DNA of 14,366 nucleotides from Paraspadella gotoi (lineage: Eukaryota > Animalia > Chaetognatha), in NCBI GenBank assembly GCA_051294375.1, contig JBJCIZ010000253.1, positions 1-14,366 of the forward strand, given 5' to 3'. Position numbers and translations under genes: made by a program. How positions within the stretch are numbered: position 1 is the first letter of the stretch; every line of letters starts with the position of its first letter. Under the pieces are notes generated by a model that had not been told where the DNA came from, did not search any database, and worked only from the letters and a program-made list of their open reading frames with translations. Below, piece by piece: positions 1 through 10,200 of this stretch.

Positions 1-192
1 TTTGCCGAATGATAAAGGTTACGTAACTGAAAAAAAATCATGAAAGAAAATATATATTGAAATGATAATAACAATGGCTATTTCAAGATGTGAACTAAAG
101 TAATTTAAGTAACATGCACATCTCATGATCTAGTGGGACATCCACATTAAATAACTCTAAAACAAGTTTGAGCAAACAATGTCGGATCTGCC

Positions 193-477
193 NNNNNNNN
201 NNNNNNNNNNNNNNNNNNNNNNNNNNNNNNNNNNNNNNNNNNNNNNNNNNNNNNNNNNNNNNNNNNNNNNNNNNNNNNNNNNNNNNNNNNNNNNNNNNNN
301 NNNNNNNNNNNNNNNNNNNNNNNNNNNNNNNNNNNNNNNNNNNNNNNNNNNNNNNNNNNNNNNNNNNNNNNNNNNNNNNNNNNNNNNNNNNNNNNNNNNN
401 NNNNNNNNNNNNNNNNNNNNNNNNNNNNNNNNNNNNNNNNNNNNNNNNNNNNNNNNNNNNNNNNNNNNNNNNNNNNN
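193..477. other. Assembly gap
   Basis: Run of N. Confidence 1.
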
Positions 478-478
478 T

Positions 479-524
479 TCATCAGTGCTTTTGACAATTC
501 ACAATTTTCATGTTTTCAAAATTG
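479..524 (-). repeat. Inverted second copy of 1987-2032, running into the gap at CTGATGAA
   Basis: Its reverse complement CAATTTTGAAAACATGAAAATTGTGAATTGTCAAAAGCACTGATGA matches 1987-2032 with one mismatch. Confidence 0.85.
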
Positions 525-984
525 TCGCAAACGCGATTGCGACAATAAAAATGGTCATCATCGAATTCTTCAGACCTTATTACAGTAAAATAATTATGAA
601 TGGAATTTAATATCTTATATTTTATCTTTGAATGCTCTAGTACCCATACATCAAATTTAAACTTAATCCATCCATCCATTCACAAGATATTGAAGTCTAA
701 AGCGGGGATGGACAGACAGATGGACGGACTGACTTACGGATGGACAGTCAAATTTTTTTTGCAATTTTTTTTTAAATATAATGTTTTAAAATAACTTACA
801 TAACTGACCATTGTGACCAATCAAATTATGATGGGAACCGACTAAGTGAATTATATAACCGGAATCTGCGATAAGCGCATCTAAAAATAATAAAAGTCAA
901 ATCAAAGCTAAAAAAAAAACAAAAAAGTCGTAATCAAATTCAATGTCAATTGGCCATTCAGAGTCGAAATGTTGGACGATGTCG

Positions 985-1075
985 TTAGAATCGGAAATGA
1001 GTCTTCCTCGCCCGCCTTGACTCTTGACAGTCTCCACCACTTCCGGCGAGTCGCTGTGAATCCGCGAGGCCCTCG
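985..1075 (-). CDS. Possible extra last exon, or 3' remnant, of the membrane-protein gene
   Basis: GC-rich island after a ttttttttaaatgtcAG acceptor. With the donor at 3829 it would read HEGLADSQRLAGSGGDCQESRRARKTHFRF*. The frame is ambiguous. Confidence 0.3.
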
Positions 1076-1289
1076 CTGACATTTAAAAAAAATATAAAGT
1101 TAGCATTTTTATTGTTGGGAAAGGCTAACTATACCAATATGGGGGTGGGGAATCTGATGGTAAAATCGTCGCAAACCTCGATATCGCTTGACTACCGGGC
1201 CCTGAATGAGCATTTTTAGCATTTTTTCGAATTTCCAATAATTTTTGTAGTTTATTATTATCCAACTGTTTCCGAGAAAGAAGCTGGAC

Positions 1290-1450
1290 AGACGCTGCAG
1301 GAGCCGGAACTCGTTTTTAGACAAATCAGAAGAACAGTGACGGGAAGAAAGAGAGAGAGAGAGAGAGCACATATTATTTAAAGAAAGAGAGAGAGAGAGC
1401 GACATATAATTAAAATGTTTTTGTTTTGTTAAATAAAAGCATAAACAAAT
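1290..1450 (+). repeat. (GA)n-rich dispersed repeat related to 5120-5421
   Basis: Shares TCGTTTT-AGAC-AATCAG, CTGCAG-AGCC, GA tracts, GACAT-TAATTAAAA and CATAAACAAAT with the second copy. Confidence 0.6.
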
Positions 1451-2022
1451 ACGAATATTGATAGAAACATGAGATTTAAAGATTTTGATGATTTAGAAGC
1501 CAATATATGCAAATTTCAACTCCCTATGATATCACACTTTCAGAAGCCATGATTGCAAAAAAGCGTGACCGAAAGCTAAACCGAATCAAAATCTAGCCAG
1601 GACGGGCTTTGCCGACAGGAAGTGACCATTTTGAGCTTTCTCTTTTTCTCTTACTCGCTTTCACTTACCTATCCCTCAACATCTTTATTTCAATTTCATC
1701 TAAACTTCGCTCCTTTATTAATTTTTATCTGAATTAATTTAAATATTTAAGTTTGTTTAAGTCTGTCTACTTATTTATTAAATTTACGCATTGTTGTACA
1801 TTTTCTAATGTAACTTTTCTCTGTCTCTCTCTCTCTCTCTCTCTCCCTCACTCACTCAAATTTAATTTCTTTTCCCTCACATTCTTTCTCTCTCTCTCTC
1901 TACTAACTTAAAACCTGTCCTCACATTTCACTACTGTCCTGTCTCATATCTTTGTTGGTCATTTCTCTCTCTTCTCTCTTCCAAGTCAATTTGGAAAACA
2001 TGAAAATTGTGAATTGTCAAAA

Positions 2023-2069
2023 GCACTGATGAGTGATGAAGGCTTGAATGAAAACTGAAACTTGTCTGT
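2023..2069 (+). ncRNA. Degenerate minimal hammerhead ribozyme-like motif (Penelope-like)
   Basis: GCA-CTGATGA-(gtgatga duplication)-AGGCTT…AAAACT-GAAAC-TT-GTC-TGT. Confidence 0.5.
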
Positions 2070-2280
2070 ACAATGCTGTATCAAGACTTTGTCTTAATTT
2101 TCAAATATCTAAAAACACAACGAAAGAAAGTTTAATCACAATGTTTATATAATTAACTAATTTTGTTTCCGCTACAATAAGAAATAAAAATTTTTTTAAC
2201 CACTTTCCCGTGCAAAGAAAAATTAATGACTATCACCGTTCAAATTCCTTTGATGAATAGACGCCTTAAGCTTATATATC

Positions 2281-2450
2281 NNNNNNNNNNNNNNNNNNNN
2301 NNNNNNNNNNNNNNNNNNNNNNNNNNNNNNNNNNNNNNNNNNNNNNNNNNNNNNNNNNNNNNNNNNNNNNNNNNNNNNNNNNNNNNNNNNNNNNNNNNNN
2401 NNNNNNNNNNNNNNNNNNNNNNNNNNNNNNNNNNNNNNNNNNNNNNNNNN
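2281..2450. other. Assembly gap
   Basis: Run of N. Confidence 1.
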
Positions 2451-3593
2451 CTTATGATATCATTTTTATCACTGGGTCCCCTTAAACGAACAAAAGGAAT
2501 CCATAAGACGAATTTGACAAGCTCTTAAGATATAACGCTATCGGAATCATTAGTTTTTACAACTGTTTTTTACCCGAATTTCTAGCAATCGCGTTTGAAA
2601 TTTGGGAAGTCAGATTTTAGCGGCAATCTCTATTAGAAAAATGTTGAATTTTTTTTTTTAAGCGACCTTAAGAAATTTATTGATCTTCAGATGCCTGGAA
2701 AGTATCCTTTTCAAGAAAAAAGTGATGAAAAAGAAATAAAGATGATTACATTTAATGATAAAATATTAATAGGTAAAGACAGAAAATGAAAAAGACAGAA
2801 GTTTCTTATTTTAAATTAGATGTCAAAGATTTGCTTCTGTAAACTTATTTCAATAAAGAGAGATAGGATCAAGTCCTTTAAGGCTACCGGATAGGAATCT
2901 GAGATTCTGATCTTTCCCGAATTTCTGATAAAGGAAGAATTACTTCTTTTTCGTCATTTTCAATTTCACCTTTTTATGTCACTGGTTTTTTAGTAATTTA
3001 GGCTCCAATCTGCCACTTCCAGCAAAAAAGTTTTCTACTGTGAGATAGCATGTAAATAAGCTACCCTAACCCATAATTATAATAACGGCCCAACTTTAAT
3101 AACTTTTTCTTTAAAAATAAACAATAGTTTGACCTTTGCATTGTATAAATAAACCAAAATTATTTTTGTCTTTTTAATGTAAAAAAGTCGATTGGATTGC
3201 TTTCAATAATCATTTACTTAAAAAATAATAATTATTAAAATAATAAATATAAAATTAGCAAAGTTTCAACCTAGTTTTAAATGAAAGCAAACCTGTTTAT
3301 TTTTATACATTGAAAAATTTTGATTGAACTTCACCTTTAAAGTGATTGATAAGGTCAAAACAGGGGAAAAATGCTCGTTCTGGGCCCTGTTTTTTAAAAC
3401 TGTTACTTCAAATTATGATAAATACTAGAGTTTATATAATAAAAAATTTAACTTTCTCTTTAGTCTAAAAAAGTAATTTAAATAGATTAATGATCTTAAA
3501 CATTTTAAAATGTGGGGAAAATGAGAAAATGCTCGTTCAAGGCCCGGGAGTCAAACGATTTCGACTAAACAGAGCAATTTCGACCTCACCATC

Positions 3594-3691
3594 AGCAAAG
3601 TTTTTTGAATTTTTTTACAACGATTTTATTTGTAAAAAATGTCTGCTTTACTACAAATAAAATCGTTGTAAAAAATTCAAAAAACTTTGCT
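3594..3691. repeat. Palindrome with about 40-bp arms and a 17-nt spacer
   Basis: 3594-3634 is the reverse complement of 3652-3691 with one homopolymer indel. Confidence 0.92.
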
Positions 3692-3825
3692 AATCTCTTA
3701 CAACAATGAAAGAAAGGATTAGACCATGAAGACCTCACCATCAAATTTCCCACCCAAAAATTGGTCTAATAAGCCTGTCACACCATTAAAAAAATAATTT
3801 TGAGTTTTTTTGAAAGATTTTACCC

Positions 3826-4216
3826 TCACTGTTTCTGGATCCCGTGACACTTTACGCGTTCATCGGCTTCGCCAGTGCAGGTCTCGCAGACGCCTGTAAA
3901 GCGGATGAGGTGAGATCGACGGGTATAACGGTAATCGTCCATGGAGGAAGAGGAAGGAGCCACGTTGATAGAGGAACAGGCGGATTTATAACGAACAGAA
4001 CACGATTCACAAAGATGAAAGCCAGGGATATCCGAGTGATGAGGGAGAGCGGGGACCATAAAGTTTGAGTCAGGTGGCACCGAGTAGACGGAAGCCGCGT
4101 CGATTGTTGAAAAGGAGCTAAAGAATCTGTCGGCGTGGGAGTAATAGACCCCGGAACAGGTGCAATTTTCTTTTGCTTGACGAGGAGGCGATTGATGGGC
4201 ATGAAGACATGGCCCG
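3826..4216 (-). CDS. Distal cytoplasmic exon (GPCLHAHQSPP…CESC…CETC…GIQKQ*), possibly terminal
   Basis: 391 nt, in the frame of ORF 3826..4230. Removing the element and one TSD gives continuous HIHPPSGPCLHAHQ. The TGA at 3826-3828 overlaps a possible GTGAGG donor. Confidence 0.78.
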
Positions 4217-7200
4217 CTAGGGTGTGCCAAATTTCTTAAGTTTTAAATATCTCAAAGAAGATCTACCACAATTTGTAGAGAATACATCGTCTTTTTTCCT
4301 GGTGGCTCAATTTCGATAAATTTGGTACCGATCGACGTGGAATTACGTAGGACTAAGCTCTGACAAACAAAGCCAGAGGTTTTTTTAATATATTCTTATA
4401 CCGGCCAAGGTTGACTGATGGCAATATTGTTAATATTAAGTTTCAAAAAAATCCGACCATAAATATAGAAAATATTAACCAAAATCTTTGGAAAATCCAC
4501 CCCTTCTTTAAAAGATTTTTGCCATAGAAGATTTTTCCCGAATCTGACTCCCGGTTGAAAACTCTTAGAATTCCGATCATTAGCTCCTCTTTTACTTTTA
4601 CTTTACATAAAAATTTTACCAAAATGGACTAATTCACTTTCCCATGGTCGTATCATATCAAAAAAATCTAAAAAGCATAAGGATCGTCGCAATCGCATAA
4701 GAAAAATCTGGATTTACGACAAATTTTGATACTAAAAAAATCAAATTTGAGAAAAGAAAATTAATTTATAAACAGAAAGAAAAAAAAGAATAATAAATAT
4801 AAAACAGTAAAATAACTTATTTTCGAGTTAAATTTTTAGCAAGTGCTTTGTTTGGAGAGACATTATTGAAGGTACTTTTGTTTTACTTTTAGCCTGCATA
4901 AGCGAGCAGTTTGATCGAATGCGACCTCTCTAAACACTGTCAACATTCCCGGACAAACTTGAATCAGACTGACAAAGTGAAGTAAAATAAAATAATAAAG
5001 TAAATATATATTTAAAAAAATATTATTCTAATTGATATTTAGAAAAAAAATCCATGAAAATCTCGGATGTAAATTTAGGAATAAATGGCGATAATAAAAG
5101 TTTTTAGAGGGAAAAAATTAATCAGAGAGAGAGAGAAAGCCAAATCGTTTTCAGACGAATCAGCAGCGGCAGCAGCAGAGGCACCCAGAAAAAAAGAAAG
5201 AAATCAAAAGGCAGCAGCAGAAGCAGCAGGAGAAAAGAGAGAAAAAGTAATAGCCCCTGCAGAGCCAGCTGCAGATTCGTTTTTTTTACCTTTCTCTATG
5301 AATCAGTTACTAGGGAAAAGAGAGAGGGAGAGAGACATGTAATTAAAAGAGAAAAGAGAGAGAGAAAAAAATATGAAAATAAAAGAGAGAATTTGTTTGT
5401 TTTGATAAAACATAAACAAATCATATTTAATAACTGTCCAGACTCAATTTTAAGCATATCAATGATGAGAACCTGTATATAAATTTTCAACTTTATACAC
5501 CCAAATTTAATCATAAAAAAGGCGATCTATAATTTGGAACGCTGACAACGACGACGCCATTTATGCGCAAAAGTGTTACAATATCTAGGAAAGTCTGGCG
5601 TTAAGCGTCCGAGATTAAAATTAGCAAATAATAGTCGTTGTTTTACTCACTGAATAAAATTACTTAATAAAATTACAAAATATATAAAATTGATAAAATT
5701 ATTATTGTGATAACATTGTTCAATCACAGGCAACACATCCAGTACCCTTTTTTTCATTGAAATTGACAGATATCAACTATAAATATCAGAATTAATTTTT
5801 CTTTTTGATACAACAAGAGAACTGAACCTCTGTCGCTGGATGTCGTCAGGTTACTAGTAAATATGCGTTTGAGGATTCCAAATATGTTTTTAAAATTGAC
5901 CTACGTAAACGCTAGAGCGTTGAAAAATAACAAAATATAACAAATCAGGTGAGTTACATAGCTATTTTAGTGTAATGTAGTCTGTAGAATTCGATGGTGA
6001 TAACCTTTTTTTTATAATTTTATCTTTCTTGTCGGAAATGATGGTTTTTAAATGTATATAAAATTTTTATAAAATAGCAAAAGCATTATAAGTTATGATA
6101 AATCAAATTATTAAGATTTTATAAAATTTATATGAGCTTTTGAAATATAAAAAATAAAACTTATAAAAATATTTTGGTAAGTTTATTTCTAAATTTTATG
6201 TTTTATAAAAAGTTAACTATATTTATTAATAATTAATGAGTAAAAATTAGGTTAAAGTTAAAAAATAATAATTTCAAAATTTTTTTCATGGATTTGCATT
6301 CTTTGCAAAAGTTGATATAAGAAAATATAATTTTTATATCAAAATTATGTCATTAATTTGGTCAAAATTCAGAAAAACTATAATTTTTAAGCTAAAAAAT
6401 TGAAAATTGAACAAAAATAATAGTTTTGAAGAGACAGAAACCGTTCAATATAAGCAGTCCCTGAGCTTCGGATTCAGGCTGTAACACCATGTTACAGGCG
6501 GGTTAAGCGCCCCTCCCTCTTAACTGCCAGACGGCCACCGGGCGGCTAGAACCCCCGGACCTTTGGGTTGGGAGGCGAATGACTTGCCTCCGGCACCAAT
6601 GGCCGCTGATGACTGTTGGTGGATTTTAGTCCACCATACATCCCCCTCCCATAGGGAGAAGTCTGTTGCGTCTCTTCAGTGAATTGTTGTTGGTGGAAAG
6701 TTCGTCACCAAGAGTTGAGGCATGTCCGCCTGATGTGTTGTGGGCGGAAAAGTGCATCGCCAGGTTGAGGCATGTCGCCTGAAGTGTTGTTGTTGCTGTT
6801 GTGTTCGGAAATCGGGCTCACCAATGAAGAGACAGTAATTATTGATAAGTGTTATTGACAGAACCGTTCAATATAAGCAGTCCCTGAGCTTCGGATCAGG
6901 CTGTAACACCATGTTACAGGCGGGTTAAGCACCCCGTCCCTCTTAACTGCCAGACGACCACGGGCTAGAACCCCGGACCTTTTGGGTTGGGAGGCGACAT
7001 GACTTGCCTCCGGCACAATGGCCGCTGATGAACGGTTGTGGATTTAGTCCACCATAGTTTTTAAATATTTTTAACCTACTTAATGAAAGAATTTTTTTAA
7101 ATGGATTATACTTGCGGTAGCCGACCAAATTCAAATTTTAATGGGAACAGTAATTAAACTAATCCATTATTGCTATTAATTATTGTATTAAAATATTTTT

Positions 7201-10200
7201 TTGCCAAAAATGTTCCGAACCATGAGTAATTCGCTAATTAAATATTATTATATTGCTATATAATGTCAAAATTTTTTTTAGATATTTTAAGTTTTTTTAA
7301 TTGATTCTGATAGAGCTTAAAAAGTTAAGCAAAAATATAATTACAACTTTTAAAATTTTGCTGTTTTATTACTAAAAATTAATAAAAACTGCTAAATCAT
7401 CGGATGATGATGATGATTTTTTAAGGTTTTTCCCAATTTTGACCCACTTATCATCAAAATATTGAAAAAAAGAATATACTTTGTGTAGACAACTTTTTAT
7501 AAGCTATCTGAATCTGCTTTTAAAATTACAAATTTTAAAAAAATTTTGACATTTCCTATCTATAAATAAATATTAAAAATTAATTACTAATGCTTCTAGC
7601 CATTTTTAGAAAATTTTGGTCCATTGAAAAGTTTTCTCAGAAATGTATGAAGTTTCATTTAGAGAGGTTCCCCAAATCAAACTTCTGACCCACCCCATTG
7701 ACAAAGTTTGGCTCTAATTATACTTTCTTATACAACTTTTTGTAAAGGAATTCAAATCCGGTTTTAAAATTTAAATTTTTAAATTTTTTATTTTAGCTTA
7801 TTTTTTATTATTATTCAGTATTTACAGAGGAGGATTTAGCCTGCCGTCCAATTCTCCTCTTCCTCTTCTTCTTTTTCCTCCTCCTCCTGCCCCTCAGTAT
7901 ATTTTGTCTAGCGATATATTCTCTCGTTTCTACTCTTCGTGAAATATACCATTATTGTCCCTCTATTTCTTCACGCCTTCAATACCCCTCAAGTGACGCC
8001 CTCTTCGCGGCTCGACACCCTACTCCCCGTGGATTAAGTTTTCCGTGCAAACCCTCAGCAAAAAAAACTGGAAATTCCCTCAAGAAACTCGTGCATTAAA
8101 AACCAAAAACAGAAATTTGGAAATATGCTCAATTTGATAGAAGAAATATAACTATTTTACTAAATTACTTCAAAAAAGAAACTGCATAATTTTAAAAATA
8201 TAAAACCCTACCTTATGTTAATTACATGATAACTTTCTCCTTTCTCTTCACTCTTCGTCAACCGAAACTTGGAATTTTCAAAATCTAAACATCAAACTTT
8301 GAACCTGGCGACTAAAAACAAGATCGATTCAACTCTCTTTTTCTTTCTTTCTCTCTCTCTCTCTCTCTCGGCGACTGAAAATGGCAAAAGTTGAGATTGG
8401 ACTTTAACCTCTTAAAGAAACGGAAATAGCAAGTCCCTTAATGTGGAATATAGAATAGACACTCCCTGAAAATGGCAGCAATCAACTTTAAAGATCCAAT
8501 CAGTTCTGATGACCTCAAAGGAGAATATATTGGCATCTTGGATAACCTGATTAATTTTTCTAAAAGATTGCATACTAATAATGCAAACCCACGAATTCTG
8601 GACAAGAATATAATGAATCTACTTGCTTTGGTGCAGAATACACATATGTCCCCTCTGCCTTTAAAAACCCAAACTGTCTCCACCTCAACTCAAACCTATT
8701 TCACCCAAGCCAATGCTTCAACCCAGACCACAAAAACCAAGGCCAGTTGCAATCAATCTACTCAGACAAAATTTCCTTACTTAACCTCCTCTTCCCAAAC
8801 TACCCAAACCACCATCATTTCTGATTCAGTTTCAACTCAAACCAATGTTGCCAAGACTGATTCTCAAGTGCAGACCGACCTACCAACTGTCAAAGACTAT
8901 ACTAATGATGTGAAAACTCAAGCTGGAAAAATCCAAGGAGAAACTTCATTTGCAAGAATCAACTCAAACAAGAATCAACACAAAAATCAAGCCTGCTCTT
9001 ATCAGTCTTCGGTCAAGAAATGGGAAACAAAATCAAGAAATGAAAGAACTGGACCCTGGAAAGAATACATGATCCCTCAAACCTGCGCTGAAAAAATCTA
9101 TATCCCCCCTCATCGACGTGTTCCTCAAGACGGCAAGAAGGCAAGCAGCTTTTGGAAAATGCAAAAATACTTACCCTAAACTGATGGAAATAGACTTACG
9201 ACATGGTTGCGCCAGAAGTTTGCTGCATTTTTGGCTCAGACTTTACCATTGCTTTTTTTAAGAATCAATATCAGTCATGGTGCAGTGGCATAATTTGTCA
9301 ATGACTGTGACATAAATTAAAAAAAAACTTTTAATCATTTAAATAATAGCTTTGATAGAAATCCAATAGTTTTAGTTTGTGACTTCTCTCACTTTTTTAG
9401 TTCTGTGTCTTTGTTTTTTTTAGTCCAGAGGGAAGCATGACGATGTCATGCCACGCCATTGGGGGCCTGGACATGACATCTTGGTCAAGAATTCAGTTGT
9501 ATCCTGATATGATTGACAAGATTAAAACCTTGATCAAGAATGATTTAAAAATGTACACAAGACTCAAAGTCGCCCAAAAATGTTTTGTATCTATTTAGAA
9601 TGTCAAAGCTCATTATAATTCTTGCAGAATATGATATGGATTACTCAATACCTCCCTAGCTAATTATATTAAAAAATTCGAGCTCGATATGGATATGATT
9701 TCAAATAAAAAATATCTAAAAAATTATCCTTCCATTTTTTCATCATTTTCATCAAAATGACAATCCTGAACATACTGAAAATATTTATCTTAATTAAAAA
9801 CAACTATATAATAGACTCCAACCCCTGTCACCAAACACCAAACATATTTTTAGCTATTAATTTGTTTTTAAAAAATTCTTTTATCTTTCATTAAAATTTC
9901 AAAGTTTTATATTTTATAAAGATTTTGTTTAAAATTAATACCAAAAAATATCCTATTTTGTTATTTTTTTTAATTTTATATGAAAATTTGAAAAATTACT
10001 AGTTTCACTATCTTATATTTTATATTTTATGAATGTTTTACTATTTAAACTGTGTATAAACTATCAATTTTGTTGCGTTTTGAAATTTAGGAGAAAAAAA
10101 AATTTATTTGTTTTTATCAACGAATTGTATTATTGTTAATACATGTTTCGACTCTTGAGTTTTGATGAAGCTCTAAAACTCAAGAGTCGAAACATGTATT

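Larger units (their letters stand above)
1079..3822. mobile_element. Older, diverged inverted-repeat element of a different family
   Basis: 1079-1235 is a diverged inverted copy of 3514-3594 plus 3731-3822, sharing AAAATGCTC-TTCA-GGCCCGG-AGTCAA-CGAT and ACCATCA-ATT-CCCACCC--ATTGGT. It is flanked by CCCTCGCTG (1070-1078) and CCCTCACTG (3823-3831), 8/9 identical. It spans an assembly gap. Confidence 0.6.

Noticed and set aside
147-610. ORFs 147..497, 168..494 and 179..610 (also 2226..2528)
   Set aside because: They are artefacts of translating through N gaps.
3852-4202. ORF 3852..4202 sharing PVPGS with ORF 10917..11402 (paralog or cassette idea)
   Set aside because: TSD continuity and splice phase select the 3826..4230 frame. 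The short match is probably chance.
5085-5342. 85-aa Ala/Glu/Lys-rich ORF (also 1109..1405)
   Set aside because: It translates GA/GCA low-complexity repeat that is shared between two loci.
6954-7025. Functional tRNA genes
   Set aside because: The anticodon and D arms are poorly formed, the boxes are degenerate, no oligo-T terminator follows, and both copies share a long tail. This fits a SINE-like repeat.
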